A program made the translations under genes and the position numbers. From an uncultured Syntrophomonadaceae bacterium (GTDB lineage Bacteria; Bacillota; Dethiobacteria; PWVN01), in NCBI GenBank assembly GCA_964562355.1, contig CAZLTH010000001.1, forward strand, positions 1 to 36,747: a DNA stretch of 36,747 nt, read 5' to 3'. Below the pieces are notes generated by a model, which was given only the letters and a program-made list of their open reading frames with translations, did not search any database and had not been told where the DNA came from. Shown here piece by piece: positions 19,251 to 30,367 of the stretch (positions are counted from its first letter, which is position 1; each line of letters opens with the position of its first letter).

Positions 19251-20081
19251 TTATTCCTCTTTCGGGGGAGTCTCTTTGACAGCTTCTTCGACAACTTCGT
19301 CACCAAGAGGTTTTTCTCTATTCTCTTGGTTGTTTGTCTGCTCAGTTTCCTCAGACTTGGGTTTTGAATCTTCCTGCTTTGCCGCTACTTCCATTTGATA
19401 TCCCTGCATTCCTTCAATAACAGCATCTGCCATGCGAGAAGTTATTAATTTAACGGCCCTTATAGCATCATCGTTTCCTGGAATAATATAATCGATTTCG
19501 TCAGGATCACAATTTGTATCAACTATAGCTACAATAGGTATCTTTAGCTTACGAGCTTCTGCAACAGCAATCTTTTCTTTTCTAGGATCAATGATAAAAA
19601 CTGCCGCCGGTAGTTTTTTCATTTCTTTAAGACCTGTTAAGAACTTTTGCAGTTTTTCTTGCTCATGCTTAAGGCGAATAACCTCTTTCTTGGGCAAGAG
19701 ATCAAATATGCCATCAACTTCCATTTTTTCCAGCTCAAACATCCTGTCAATTCTTTTGCGAATAGTACTAAAATTTGTCAGCATACCTCCCAGCCAACGC
19801 TGGTTAACATAGAGCGACCCACTTCTGTCTGCTTCACTCTTAACTGTTTCCTGAGCCTGTTTTTTAGTTCCTACAAAAAGAACTTTCTCGCCGGATGCAG
19901 CTACACTTTTAATAAAATTATACGATTCAAGTAGCCTTCTGACTGTCTTCTGCAAGTCGATTATATAGATACCATTTCTTTGCATGAAGATATACTCTTT
20001 CATCTTAGGATTCCAGCGACGAGTCTGATGACCAAAATGAACTCCTGCTTCCAGTAACTGTTTCATTGAAACTACTGACAT
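19251..20081 (-). CDS. rpsB: 30S ribosomal protein S2 (with acidic C-terminal extension)
   Basis: [33 protein letters not shown] 7 nt upstream. About 40 extra Glu/Lys-rich residues sit at the C-terminus. Confidence 0.96.
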   Translation of the reverse strand: MSVVSMKQLLEAGVHFGHQTRRWNPKMKEYIFMQRNGIYIIDLQKTVRRLLESYNFIKSVAASGEKVLFVGTKKQAQETVKSEADRSGSLYVNQRWLGGMLTNFSTIRKRIDRMFELEKMEVDGIFDLLPKKEVIRLKHEQEKLQKFLTGLKEMKKLPAAVFIIDPRKEKIAVAEARKLKIPIVAIVDTNCDPDEIDYIIPGNDDAIRAVKLITSRMADAVIEGMQGYQMEVAAKQEDSKPKSEETEQTNNQENREKPLGDEVVEEAVKETPPKEE

Positions 20082-20188
20082 CCAACAGCACCTCCTCTCT
20101 AGTTTAACCTCCGCTACCTTCTTCTGATTGTAAGACCATAAGCACCTTTACAAGCATCAGGTTAGCGTGTGTATTTAAAATCCTAACG

Positions 20189-20217
20189 AGTATAACATAG
20201 TTTAAAATAATTGGCAA
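20189..20217 (-). promoter_or_regulatory. candidate sigma-A promoter for rpsB-tsf
   Basis: Minus strand reads TTGCCA-17 nt-TATACT. It predicts a ~100-nt 5' UTR. Confidence 0.6.
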
Positions 20218-20322
20218 CTTATTCTTGAACATAAATTTTTATGGGGAGCTTTAAAGGACCTACAATATGAATATATATTTTTTGTTCATGCAATGAGACC
20301 TTCATTTCTTCTTTAACAATTT

Positions 20323-20745
20323 CTACTGAATTCCCCCAATTTCTTCTGATAATAGCTCTGTATCAATTCCATCAAGCAATGTAAAAACAATTGTTTTTAC
20401 ATTGCTTTGCAGATGTTCTTCTAATTGAGCCACTAGTTCTTGTGGTACCGAAAAAACAAACCCTGCTATTTCAATTTGACCTGCTGTCATCTGACCTTGT
20501 AGTTCGCTTTGTATAATGCCAGGCACCTTTGATCTGGCATGATCAATCATTAATGGTAAATTGTTACTTGCGTAATGGATCACCTGTTCCTTTACCACTC
20601 TTGCTATATCGCTACTATCCAAATAGAACGTTACACCTTTATTAGCCAGCCACCACCATCCGCCTAACACTAAGGATAAGCAGGAAATTATTATCCCTAA
20701 CAGTGCTCCTGCCACAAATATGTGTAACTTTTTTTTCTTAGGCAT
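20323..20745 (-). CDS. hypothetical membrane-anchored protein
   Basis: 140 aa with MPKKKKLHIFVAGALLGIIISCLSLVLGGWWWL as an N-terminal TM anchor. I recognised no family. A possible frameshift lies at its 3' end (see findings). Confidence 0.6.
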   Translation of the reverse strand: MPKKKKLHIFVAGALLGIIISCLSLVLGGWWWLANKGVTFYLDSSDIARVVKEQVIHYASNNLPLMIDHARSKVPGIIQSELQGQMTAGQIEIAGFVFSVPQELVAQLEEHLQSNVKTIVFTLLDGIDTELLSEEIGGIQ

Positions 20746-20799
20746 CCTCTCACCTTCCTCTAAACTAATACTATACCAATACTTTCATAATTTATGCAG

Positions 20800-20827
20800 A
20801 AAAAGAGCAGTTTTTACTGCTCTTTTT
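20800..20827 (-). terminator. Rho-independent terminator after codY
   Basis: AAAAAGAGCAG-loop-CTGCTCTTTTT, lying 42 nt after the codY stop. Confidence 0.75.
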
Positions 20828-20868
20828 GAGTGAAAATGAAAAAAATTGAAAGGTTATGACTAATATAT

Positions 20869-21654
20869 TTACTGCTTTTTTAGAAGCTCATCCAATAAAT
20901 ATGGGTTAAGTACTTTGATATAGGTACCTTTCATCCCCAGAGACCTTGACTCTATGACTCCAGCACTTTCAAATTTTCTTAGTGCGTTAACAATAACAGA
21001 ACGAGTAATCCCCAGTTGGTCAGCAATTTTGCTGGCAACCAACAAGCCCTCTTCTCCATTTAGTTCTTCAAATATATGTTCGACAGCCTCTAATTCTGAA
21101 TAAGATAATGTTCCGACAGCTAATTGAACTACAGCTTTATTACGAGCTTCATGTTCTATTTTCTCCGCTTTTGCTCTCAGTATCTCCATGCCAACTACAG
21201 TAGCACCTGTTTCTCCAAGAATCATATCTTCATCATCAAAAAGCTCTGCAAAGCGAGCAATGAGCAAAGTACCAAGTCTTTTACCACCACCTAATATGGG
21301 GATTATAGTCGTTATTTTGTTTGTAAAAAGGCACTTTGTTCTTTCTGAAAACACGCAGTCATTATATTTCTGTTTTAAATTAATACGCGTTTCATCAACT
21401 TTAAGCAACTTTTCATTATAATCCTCCGGGAAAAGACCTGTCTTTACAACCTGGTTAATCATAAGCTCACATTCAAACTCTTCTACTAAAGAAGTACCCA
21501 AAATCTTCCCTTGACGGTCAGCTATATAAACATTGGCGTGAATAACTCTTTTAAGTACTTCCGCAATCTCCTTAAAGTCCACATGCTGCCCAGCAGTCTT
21601 TTGTAGAATTTTGTTAATTCTACGAGTTTTTTCCAACAATGCTGATGTTGCCAC
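20869..21654 (-). CDS. codY: GTP-sensing pleiotropic transcriptional repressor CodY
   Basis: [15 protein letters not shown]-terminus, a GAF-like body and the C-terminal w[47 protein letters not shown]. It sits in hslVU-codY synteny. Confidence 0.95.
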   Translation of the reverse strand: MATSALLEKTRRINKILQKTAGQHVDFKEIAEVLKRVIHANVYIADRQGKILGTSLVEEFECELMINQVVKTGLFPEDYNEKLLKVDETRINLKQKYNDCVFSERTKCLFTNKITTIIPILGGGKRLGTLLIARFAELFDDEDMILGETGATVVGMEILRAKAEKIEHEARNKAVVQLAVGTLSYSELEAVEHIFEELNGEEGLLVASKIADQLGITRSVIVNALRKFESAGVIESRSLGMKGTYIKVLNPYLLDELLKKQ

Positions 21655-21688
21655 TAATAGTCATCCTCTCTGAATTTTAATTTAAAGT

Positions 21689-23098
21689 TTACAAAATATA
21701 TCTACTTAGATCTTGGTCCACCAAAATGCCTTCTAGTCTATTCTTTACATAATCACCGTTAATAATAACCTTTTTTTCCAAAATTTCTGGAGCGGTATAA
21801 GATATCTCTTCAAAAACCTTTTCTAGAACCGTATGTAGTCTTCTAGCACCAATATTTTCAATTTCATTGTTGAGCAGGCAAGCTGCTTTTGCCACCTCCA
21901 TTATCGCATCATCTGTAAATTCTATCTCTACACCTTCCGTTTGCAAAAGAAAAACATATTGTTTGATTAAGGCATTATGTGGCTCAGATAAAATTCTTTT
22001 AAAATCTTCCTCTGTCAGACTCTGAAGCTCTACTCTTATTGGAAACCTGCCCTGCAATTCCGGTATCAAGTCAGAAGGGCTCGACATATGAAAAGCACCA
22101 GCAGCAATAAATTGTACATAATCTGTTTTTACATGACCATACTTTGTCATCACTGTAGAACCTTCTACAATCGGCAATATGTCTCGCTGTACCCCTTCCC
22201 GGGAAATGTCGGGACCTTTTTGATGATTCTTTCCGGCTATCTTGTCAATTTCATCTATAAAAACAATTCCGCTATTTTCCGCTTTTTCAATTGCTTCTGC
22301 AATAACTTCATCCATATTAATTAATTTTTGCGCTTCTTGCTGGCAGAGAATTTTTCTGGCATTGGCAACAGTTAGCTTGCGCTTTTTCTTCTTTTGCGGC
22401 AGCAGATTACCTAAAAAATCACTAAAATTAAAACCTATCTCTTCAATGCCCTGTCCCGGGAAAATCTCTAGCAGAGGATTCGTTTTTTCTTCTACTTCTA
22501 TTTCTACTAATTCGCCTTCTAATTCTCCAAGGGTTAATCTATGAGAAATGCTTTGCCTCTTTCTGACGGCATCATCATAATGCTCCTGGAATTCGTTATC
22601 ACTACCGTTCTCTTCTTTTTCATCGGTATCAGAGAAAAACATATTTAACGGATTAACATTTTTTTTCTTTCTGGTAGGCAGAGGGGCAAGTACATATAGT
22701 AATCTCCCTTCAGCCAAGCGATTTGCTCTTTCTTGTACAGATTTTGTCTTATCCTTTTTTACTATACGAATAGCAGTTTCAATCAAATCACGAATAATAG
22801 ATTCCACATCTCTCCCTACATAACCAACCTCTGTAAATTTCGTTGCTTCGACTTTTACAAAGGGAGCGTTTGCCAGTCGGGCAAGTCGCCGAGCAATCTC
22901 TGTTTTCCCTACCCCGGTTGGTCCAATCATAATAATATTCTTGGGCATTACTTCATCTTTAATAGAGGCGGGTAAGCGTCTGCGTCTATAACGATTCCTC
23001 AAAGCTATGGCAACACTTTTTTTTGCTTCCGTTTGCCCAATAATATACTTGTCCAATTCAGCTACTATTTCTTTAGGTGTCAACTCATGATCTGGCAT
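21689..23098 (-). CDS. hslU: ATP-dependent protease ATPase subunit HslU
   Basis: [32 protein letters not shown] (Walker A) and [10 protein letters not shown] (Walker B) are present. Confidence 0.97.
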   Translation of the reverse strand: MPDHELTPKEIVAELDKYIIGQTEAKKSVAIALRNRYRRRRLPASIKDEVMPKNIIMIGPTGVGKTEIARRLARLANAPFVKVEATKFTEVGYVGRDVESIIRDLIETAIRIVKKDKTKSVQERANRLAEGRLLYVLAPLPTRKKKNVNPLNMFFSDTDEKEENGSDNEFQEHYDDAVRKRQSISHRLTLGELEGELVEIEVEEKTNPLLEIFPGQGIEEIGFNFSDFLGNLLPQKKKKRKLTVANARKILCQQEAQKLINMDEVIAEAIEKAENSGIVFIDEIDKIAGKNHQKGPDISREGVQRDILPIVEGSTVMTKYGHVKTDYVQFIAAGAFHMSSPSDLIPELQGRFPIRVELQSLTEEDFKRILSEPHNALIKQYVFLLQTEGVEIEFTDDAIMEVAKAACLLNNEIENIGARRLHTVLEKVFEEISYTAPEILEKKVIINGDYVKNRLEGILVDQDLSRYIL

Positions 23099-23121
23099 TA
23101 TTTCCTCCTGACTAAAAGTAA

Positions 23122-23652
23122 TTATAACTCCTCAGTAACCAATTCTTTATTGGTAAATACACAAATGTCAGCAGCAATACCAAGGGATGATTTAGCTACT
23201 GCCAGTGGATTCATCTCGGTGTTATACATTAGAGCTCTGGCAGCTGCCAGAGCATAACTGCCACCGGAACCAATCGCAGCTATACCATCATCAGGTTCGA
23301 TAATTTCTCCAGTACCGGAAATTAGCAACAAACCATCTTTTGACAATACAAGTAGAAGAGCCTCTAATTTTCTCAAGAATTTATCTGTACGCCATTCTTT
23401 TGCCAGTTCAACAGCTGCCCTGTGAAGTTGACCGTTATATTTTTCAAGTTGCTCTTCAAACTTTTCAAACAAGGTAAAAGCATCGGCAACTGAACCAGCA
23501 AAACCTGCAATTATCTGATCATCATAAATTCTGCGTACTTTTTTTGCCTTTTGTTTCATTATAATGCTACTGTCAAAGGTAACTTGTCCATCCCCGGCCA
23601 TAGCTCCCTGACCATCTTTGAAAACTGCTACTATGGTTGTTGCTTCAAACAC
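23122..23652 (-). CDS. hslV: ATP-dependent protease subunit HslV
   Basis: [10 protein letters not shown]...GDGQVT carries the N-terminal Thr nucleophile region. GTG start whose SD-like AAGGA lies 16 nt away. Confidence 0.95.
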   Translation of the reverse strand: MFEATTIVAVFKDGQGAMAGDGQVTFDSSIIMKQKAKKVRRIYDDQIIAGFAGSVADAFTLFEKFEEQLEKYNGQLHRAAVELAKEWRTDKFLRKLEALLLVLSKDGLLLISGTGEIIEPDDGIAAIGSGGSYALAAARALMYNTEMNPLAVAKSSLGIAADICVFTNKELVTEEL

Positions 23653-23679
23653 AATAAATAATAACCGTCCTTTACGCTA

Positions 23680-23727
23680 TAGTGGGTGGACACATCTCCC
23701 TTTAAAGGGAGATGTGTCCACCTACTA
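23680..23727. repeat. 48-bp near-perfect palindrome (canonical copy of a dispersed element)
   Basis: TAGTG-GGTGGACACATCTCCCTTT|AAAGGGAGATGTGTCCACC-TACTA has perfect 19+19 nt arms plus 5 further pairs with one G:T. It lies in the 91-nt xerC-hslV spacer with no U-tract after it. Confidence 0.8.
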
Positions 23728-23743
23728 TACGATTTTTACTACT

Positions 23744-24694
23744 CTAAGCCCTCGGATGAGTTTGATTATACACTGTCTTTAGTCTTTCTTTACTGACATG
23801 GGTATATATTTGGGTTGAGGAAACATTTACATGCCCTAAAAGTTCCTGCACACAACGTATATCTGCTCCTTTGTCCATCAGGTGGGTAGCAAAAGAATGT
23901 CTTATCATGTGAGGACTTACTTTTTGTTTAATTCCTGCCTTTATAACATACTTGTTAACAATTCTCCTAACGCTTCTGTCCGTAATTCTGTTCCCGAAGC
24001 GATTTAAGAAAAAAGCACTATCTTCTTTGTGAGCATTCTTTTTTATTAACTGTACTCGCGAAAAATCTAAATACTCTTCTAAACTTTCCTCGGCGAATCG
24101 TCCACAAGGCAATAATCTTTCTTTTGATCCTTTCCCCAAAACAAGTAACAAACTATTTTCAGGATTAAAATCATCTAAGTTCAATCCCACCAGTTCACTA
24201 ACTCTGATTCCTGTGGCATAAAGAAGTTCCAAAATAGCTTTATCTCTGGAGCCCAAAGCCGTTTTCTTATCAGGCGTTTCTAAAAGTGTAAGCATTTCAT
24301 CTAAGTACAAAAAATAAGGCAATGTTTTCTTTTGCCTAGGCGTAGAAACAATTTCAAAATTATTACTCTTTAATATTTTTTCCCTATATAAAAACCTCAA
24401 AAAAGTCCTCACCGCAGATAATTTTCTGACTACAGTTGAACGAGAATATCCTGCACTTTGCAACTCACCTAAAAAATGGCGCATTGTAGAAAAAGTTATT
24501 TCCTCTATGAGCACAAGATTTGAATTAATAAAATCCAGAAATTGCAAAGTATCATGGTGATAAGCTTGGAAAGTCTTCGGCGAATAGTTTTTTTCAACTT
24601 CTAAATAGAGAAGAAACTCTGTAACCAGCCCCTGCTGTTGCAAAGCGACATCATCCCCCAAAATTATACTATCATAACATAGAGCGTTACGCAA
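23744..24694 (-). CDS. xerC: tyrosine recombinase XerC (CodV-like)
   Basis: N-terminal SAM-like domain, and a C-terminal catalytic domain with RHSFATHL, LGH and the Tyr (STQIYTHV). TTG start, N-terminus uncertain. Confidence 0.9.
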   Translation of the reverse strand: MRNALCYDSIILGDDVALQQQGLVTEFLLYLEVEKNYSPKTFQAYHHDTLQFLDFINSNLVLIEEITFSTMRHFLGELQSAGYSRSTVVRKLSAVRTFLRFLYREKILKSNNFEIVSTPRQKKTLPYFLYLDEMLTLLETPDKKTALGSRDKAILELLYATGIRVSELVGLNLDDFNPENSLLLVLGKGSKERLLPCGRFAEESLEEYLDFSRVQLIKKNAHKEDSAFFLNRFGNRITDRSVRRIVNKYVIKAGIKQKVSPHMIRHSFATHLMDKGADIRCVQELLGHVNVSSTQIYTHVSKERLKTVYNQTHPRA

Positions 24695-24721
24695 GCAATT
24701 CTTGAACTTTAACTTACTAAT

Positions 24722-26038
24722 TTAGTCATTTCCAAGTATAGATTTAAAATCTCCTAAAATACGCAGAGCTCTACTCGCCAATTCTTCTTTCTTCTGTTTC
24801 TTATTTTTAAAGCGTTCCGGCAAGGGTGGCAATAACCCAAAATTTGCCTTCATAGGTTGGAAATTAGTAGGATTAGCTTCAGTGATATATCTGGATAATG
24901 ATCCCAACATCGTTTCCAGAGGAAATGATAGTGGGGTTAATCCTTTTAAAAAACGAGTGGCATTAATACCAGCAACCAAACCACCTGCCGCAGATTCTAC
25001 GTAGCCTTCTGTGCCAGTAATCTGACCGGCAAAAAATATATTTTCCTTGTGCTTTAATTGATATGTAGCCTTTAACAAACGAGGACTACAAATATATGTA
25101 TTTCTATGCATCACACCCAGACGTGCAAAGGTTGCCTTTTTAAGTGCCGGGATAAGCGAAAAGATCCTTCTTTGCTCAGGCCAAGTCAAGCTTGTTTGAA
25201 AACCTACCATATTTAGCAAGGAGCCTTCCTTATCTTCTTTTCTCAACTGTACTACAGCAAACGGTCTCTCTTCTGTTTTGGGGTCTATTAACCCGACAGG
25301 TTTCATAGGACCATATAAAAGGGTTTTATATCCTCTCAAGGCAAGAGATTCCACTGGCATACATCCTTCAAAAAGAATTTCTTTTTCAAAAGCCTGTGGT
25401 TTTTTGGTTTCTCCTCCTATAAGTTCAGTATAAAACTTTTCATACTCTTCTTTAGAAAGAGGGCAATTTAGGTAATCGGCTTCCCCCTTCTCATACCTAG
25501 AACTCCAGAAAGCATTACTAAAATCTATAGAATCACTAATGATAACTGGTGCGGCAGCATCAAAAAAATACAAGTGCTCACCAGCAGTAAAATCTTTAAT
25601 AGACGCCGCCAAAGCATCTGAAGTTAATGGACCTGTAGCGATAATGCAGCATTCTTCCTTGGCAGGCATTTGCAAAACTTCCTGGCGAATCACCTCTATC
25701 AAGGGGTGACTTTCACAAATTTCTGTTATTTCTTGTGCAAACAAATTCCTGTTTACTGCCAAAGCTCCTCCAGCAGGAACAATATGGTTTTGAGCAATAC
25801 TCATAACCAAAGAATTCAGGGTTCGCATCTCTTCTTTCAAAAGACCAACAGCATTTTCCAAAGAATTTGAACGGAAAGAGTTGCTACAAACTAGTTCAGC
25901 CAAATCAGCGGTATGATGCGCAAGAGTCCTACGGTGAGGTCTCATTTCATATAGTTTAACAGAAATTCCAGCACTGGCAGCCTGCCAAGCGGCTTCAACA
26001 CCAGCCAGCCCTCCCCCAACAACAGTTAAAACTTGCAT
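24722..26038 (-). CDS. trmFO: methylenetetrahydrofolate--tRNA-(uracil54-C5)-methyltransferase TrmFO (Gid)
   Basis: VVGGGLAGVEAAWQAA is the FAD-binding N-terminus. 438 aa, in topA-trmFO-xerC synteny. Confidence 0.95.
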   Translation of the reverse strand: MQVLTVVGGGLAGVEAAWQAASAGISVKLYEMRPHRRTLAHHTADLAELVCSNSFRSNSLENAVGLLKEEMRTLNSLVMSIAQNHIVPAGGALAVNRNLFAQEITEICESHPLIEVIRQEVLQMPAKEECCIIATGPLTSDALAASIKDFTAGEHLYFFDAAAPVIISDSIDFSNAFWSSRYEKGEADYLNCPLSKEEYEKFYTELIGGETKKPQAFEKEILFEGCMPVESLALRGYKTLLYGPMKPVGLIDPKTEERPFAVVQLRKEDKEGSLLNMVGFQTSLTWPEQRRIFSLIPALKKATFARLGVMHRNTYICSPRLLKATYQLKHKENIFFAGQITGTEGYVESAAGGLVAGINATRFLKGLTPLSFPLETMLGSLSRYITEANPTNFQPMKANFGLLPPLPERFKNKKQKKEELASRALRILGDFKSILGND

Positions 26039-26060
26039 TAATTCTTTCTCTCCTATTTAT

Positions 26061-28154
26061 TTAATTCTTTTCTTTTTTAAAACTACACTTTCCATTGGAA
26101 CACTGCAGATGCTTTTTTTTAGCAGTATTCTTTTCAACAAGATAGCTATTACATTCAGGGCAAAGTTTAGAGGTAGGTTTATCCCAGCTAATAAAGTCAC
26201 ATTTGGGATAAGCACTACACCCAAAAAAATCTCGCTTTTTTTTAGTTTTTTTCAGTAACACCGCTGCCCCACACTTTGGACAATTGACGCCAGCCTCTTT
26301 GGTTATTGGTTTAGTAAACTTGCAATCCGGAAAGCCTGGGCAGGCAAGAAACTTCCCAAAGCGACCTGTTTTTATAACTAAGTTTCGATTGCATTTTGGG
26401 CAGAGTTCATCTGTCTCTTCATCTACCAGTTTGATCTTTGGCATTTTTTCCTCGGCAATTTTAAGGCTTGCTTGAAAAGGAGAATAAAATTCTTTGATAA
26501 GTTCCAACCAAGGATAGTCACCCTCTTCAACTTGATCTAACTTTTTTTCCATTTGAGCTGTAAAGTCAACGTCTATAATATCCTTAAAAAATTCCTGCAA
26601 AATGTCTAGCACGATAAAACCTAGTTCAGTTGGTTTAAAAACTTTTTTTTCTTTAATAACGTAGCCTCTGTTTAAAATTGTACTGATTGTTGGAACATAG
26701 GTACTAGGGCGTCCAATACCATTCTCCTCCAATGTTTTCACCAACATAGCTTCCGAAAAACGTGGCGGAGGCTGTGTAAAATGCTGTTTTGGCTCAAATT
26801 GTAAAAGAGTTAGTTCCTGACCAACCGACAATGGCGGTATGTCTTCTATTTTCCTTTTTTTCTCTTTTTTCAAATCTTCGCCTTCAATATATAAAGTCAT
26901 ATAGCCAGGAAATTTTATAGAGGAACCAGTAGTTCTGAAAATGTAATCATCTACTTTTATATCAACTTTAATAGTATCTAAAAGTGCTGATTTCATTTGA
27001 CTAGCCATAAAACGTTCCCAAATCAGTTTATATAAACGAAATTGATCTTTAGTCAAAAACTGCTGCATTTCTTCAGGTGTACGGTAAGCAGACGTAGGTC
27101 TTATAGCTTCGTGAGCTTCTTGAGCGCCTTTTTTTGCTCTATAATACCTAGGGGAAGAAGGCAGGTACTCTTTTCCTATTTTTTCAGCTATATATTGGCG
27201 CACTTCTGTTAGTGATTCTTGTGAAACTCGCACTGCATCAGTTCTGATATAAGTAACCAAGCCAACAGGTTTCTTTTTTTCAAGAGGAATTCCTTCATAC
27301 AACTGCCCTGCTATCTGCATAGTTTTTTTACCTGTATAACCTAATTTTCTGGCAGCTTCCTGCTGCAAATTGCTGGTAGTAAAGGGCGGTGGTGGGTTTC
27401 TTTTTTTCTCCTTCTTTTCTATAGATTGAACCATAAATGTTTTTTCATCAATCGTTTTTAAAATATCTTCAACAGCATCCTTGGTCTTTAGTGCAGTTTT
27501 CTTGCCTTTTTTACCAATAAACTTGGCTTCAAATTTATCTTTTTTGTAGTCCGGAGTCAAAAATGCTGTAAGGCTCCAGTATTCTTCCGGGATAAACTTT
27601 TCTATTTCCCTTTCACGCTCACATATCAGTTTTAATGCTACTGATTGAACTCTCCCCGCACTCAAGCCTTTTCTTACTTTTCGCCACAAAAGAGGGCTGA
27701 TTTTATAACCAACCAACCGGTCAAGAATTCTCCTAGCTTGTTGGGCATTAACTTTATTGTAATCAATATCTCTCGGATTTTGAAAAGATTTCTTAATAGC
27801 ATCTTTGGTGATTTCGTGGAATTCAACTCTACAATTAGCTTGATTCTCTATATTAAGATTAAGAGCTCTGGCCAAGTGCCAGCAAATAGCCTCTCCCTCT
27901 CGGTCAGGGTCAGCTGCCAAATAGACTATATCCGCTTTTTTACTGGCATTTTTTAACTCCTCCAATATTTTTCCTTTACCACGAATAGTTATATATTTAG
28001 GTTCAAAGTTTTTGTTAACATCAACACCAAATTGACTTTTTGGCAAATCAATAACATGACCCATAGAAGCCTTTATCGTGTAATCTCTACCTAAAAATTG
28101 CTTTATTGTTTTTGCTTTGGTGGGAGATTCCACTATTACCAATTTTTTTGACAT
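26061..28154 (-). CDS. topA: DNA topoisomerase I
   Basis: TOPRIM N-terminus (LVIVESPTKAKTI), the active-site Tyr region, and three C-terminal CxxC...CxxC zinc ribbons. Confidence 0.97.
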   Translation of the reverse strand: MSKKLVIVESPTKAKTIKQFLGRDYTIKASMGHVIDLPKSQFGVDVNKNFEPKYITIRGKGKILEELKNASKKADIVYLAADPDREGEAICWHLARALNLNIENQANCRVEFHEITKDAIKKSFQNPRDIDYNKVNAQQARRILDRLVGYKISPLLWRKVRKGLSAGRVQSVALKLICEREREIEKFIPEEYWSLTAFLTPDYKKDKFEAKFIGKKGKKTALKTKDAVEDILKTIDEKTFMVQSIEKKEKKRNPPPPFTTSNLQQEAARKLGYTGKKTMQIAGQLYEGIPLEKKKPVGLVTYIRTDAVRVSQESLTEVRQYIAEKIGKEYLPSSPRYYRAKKGAQEAHEAIRPTSAYRTPEEMQQFLTKDQFRLYKLIWERFMASQMKSALLDTIKVDIKVDDYIFRTTGSSIKFPGYMTLYIEGEDLKKEKKRKIEDIPPLSVGQELTLLQFEPKQHFTQPPPRFSEAMLVKTLEENGIGRPSTYVPTISTILNRGYVIKEKKVFKPTELGFIVLDILQEFFKDIIDVDFTAQMEKKLDQVEEGDYPWLELIKEFYSPFQASLKIAEEKMPKIKLVDEETDELCPKCNRNLVIKTGRFGKFLACPGFPDCKFTKPITKEAGVNCPKCGAAVLLKKTKKKRDFFGCSAYPKCDFISWDKPTSKLCPECNSYLVEKNTAKKKHLQCSNGKCSFKKEKN

Positions 28155-28202
28155 CTTAAAATCGTCCTTTCAACTGCAAAAATTATACGTTTAAATCAAA
28201 AC

Positions 28203-29321
28203 TCATTTGATTCTTAAAAAACAACTTCCAGCTTCTTGCACGACCATACCCTTAATTTCTAATAAAGTCAATATTGATTTTAATTTTCCGATAGGCCAAG
28301 AAATTTGCATGGCTATTTCATCGGCTAACATAGGATGAAAAGACATGCTGTTTAAAAGCTCTTTTTCCTCCTCAGACAAAGTACTACTTTTAGTTTTTTT
28401 ATTAGCTGAATTGATGGAAATAGTTGTTTTTTCTTCAGATAATGCTAGTTCTTCCAGCAAATCATCTATATCTTGTACTAATTTTGCCCCCTGCTTTATT
28501 AAATTATGGCAACCCCTGCTGGCAGGGCTTGTTATAGGACCAGGGACAGCAAAAACTTCTCTGCCTTGCTCTAACGCCTGATCAGCAGTTATGAGAGCCC
28601 CGCTTTTTGTTTGTGCTTCTACTATTACTGTACCCAAAGACAGCCCACTTATAATTCTGTTACGCAACGGAAAGTGACCTGGCTTAGGCGGCACACCTAC
28701 TGGAAATTCTGAGAGAACTGCTCCCTGTGCCATTATTTGGGACATAAGTTTTTTATTCTCCAGAGGATAGCAAGTATCAAGACCACAACCTAAAACACCT
28801 ACCGTCAAGCCGCCCCCTTGTAAAGCACCTTTATGCGCCCAAGTATCAATACCCCTAGCCATACCGCTGATTACCCCTATCCCCTGACGAGCCAGTTCCT
28901 TTCCCAGCCAAAAAGACATTTCTCTGCCATAAGCAGTCATTTTTCTGGCACCGACAATAGCTACACAGGGTCTGTCCCAAGGAAGTTGCCCTCCTTTTTT
29001 ATAAAGAATAAATGGGGGATCGTAAATACTTTTTAAAATTTCCGGGTATTGGGCGTCATCTTTTCCTATGCATTCTATATTAAGTTGCTCTAATCTGTCC
29101 AGTTCTTTATCTAAATTGATTTTTTCCCTGATAACAATAAAGTCATTGCTGAATTTTACTCCCAGTCCTTCTATCTTTTTTAGTTCATTCTCCGAAGCTA
29201 ACCATATCTTCTGAGTTGTTCCGTAAAAGTTGAGCAGCTTTTCATATTTTTTAGGACCCAGACCTTTGATCAAACTTAGGCCAATTAAAAATTTATTCTT
29301 TTTATTCTTTTCCATCAGCAT
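28203..29321 (-). CDS. dprA: DNA-processing protein DprA (Smf)
   Basis: Rossmann-like core [18 protein letters not shown]...[12 protein letters not shown]. The start codons at 29321 and 29315 lie inside the recA 3' end. Confidence 0.93.
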   Translation of the reverse strand: MLMEKNKKNKFLIGLSLIKGLGPKKYEKLLNFYGTTQKIWLASENELKKIEGLGVKFSNDFIVIREKINLDKELDRLEQLNIECIGKDDAQYPEILKSIYDPPFILYKKGGQLPWDRPCVAIVGARKMTAYGREMSFWLGKELARQGIGVISGMARGIDTWAHKGALQGGGLTVGVLGCGLDTCYPLENKKLMSQIMAQGAVLSEFPVGVPPKPGHFPLRNRIISGLSLGTVIVEAQTKSGALITADQALEQGREVFAVPGPITSPASRGCHNLIKQGAKLVQDIDDLLEELALSEEKTTISINSANKKTKSSTLSEEEKELLNSMSFHPMLADEIAMQISWPIGKLKSILTLLEIKGMVVQEAGSCFLRIK

Positions 29322-30321
29322 TGTTTTCTGGCAAAGCAGAGAGGTTATAAGCCTGCCTGATTTTACTTTCTATCTGCAAAGCTAGCTCAGGATTTTCTTT
29401 TAAAAACTGACGAGCATTTTCTTTCCCCTGCCCCAACCTTTCCTTACCGTAAGAATACCAAGCACCACTTTTATTTACTAGATCCATTTCTGTACCTATG
29501 TCCAAAAGACAACCTTCGTTAGATATTCCTTGACCATAAATAATGTCAAACTCAGCCTGTTTAAAAGGAGGCGCTACTTTATTTTTCACAACTTTAATCC
29601 TTGTTCTGTTACCCAGCATCACATTACCCTGCTTTAAAGTTTCCAGCCGCCGAACATCTAAGCGTAAGGAAGCATAAAATTTTAACGCTCTTCCTCCAGT
29701 AGTGGTTTCCGGGCTGCCAAACATAACACCGATTTTCTCCCTGATTTGATTTATAAATAATGCTGTTGTCTGTGATTTGCTGATAGCTCCCGATAATTTT
29801 CTTAAAGCTTGTGACATAAGCCTTGCCTGCAAACCAACATGAACATCACCCATTTCTCCTTCAATTTCTGCCTTGGGAACCAATGCTGCCACAGAGTCAA
29901 CAACAACAATATCAATAGCAGCACTACGTACCAGAGACTCTGCTATTTCCAGCCCTTGTTCTCCTGTATCAGGCTGAGAAATCAAGAGGTCATCAATGTT
30001 AACCCCAATTTTTTTAGCATAAAGCGGATCCAAAGCATGTTCAGCATCAATAAAAGCAGCAAATCCACCTCTTTTTTGTGCTTCTGCAATAACGTGAAGT
30101 GCCACCGTTGTTTTGCCGGAAGATTCCGGTCCAAAAACTTCAATAACTCTGCCGCGAGGTATCCCACCAACACCAACAGCAATATCTAAGGCCAAATTGC
30201 CGCTGGGAATCACTGCCATGCTCGTTTTAGCAGCCGATTCCCCCAGCCGCATGATTGATCCTTTGCCAAATTGTTTTTCAATTTGAAGAAGTGCCATTTC
30301 CAGAGCTTTTTGTTTTTCCAT
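29302..30321 (-). CDS. recA: recombinase RecA
   Basis: [36 protein letters not shown] (Walker A) and IVVDSVAAL are present. I prefer the ATG at 30321. The TTG at 30327 (track start) is also possible, with 5 nt of spacing after AGGAAG. Confidence 0.97.
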   Translation of the reverse strand: MEKQKALEMALLQIEKQFGKGSIMRLGESAAKTSMAVIPSGNLALDIAVGVGGIPRGRVIEVFGPESSGKTTVALHVIAEAQKRGGFAAFIDAEHALDPLYAKKIGVNIDDLLISQPDTGEQGLEIAESLVRSAAIDIVVVDSVAALVPKAEIEGEMGDVHVGLQARLMSQALRKLSGAISKSQTTALFINQIREKIGVMFGSPETTTGGRALKFYASLRLDVRRLETLKQGNVMLGNRTRIKVVKNKVAPPFKQAEFDIIYGQGISNEGCLLDIGTEMDLVNKSGAWYSYGKERLGQGKENARQFLKENPELALQIESKIRQAYNLSALPENNADGKE

Positions 30322-30367
30322 AATCAATTAATCTTCCTTCCATATAATATGTTTTTGAGCATTACAA

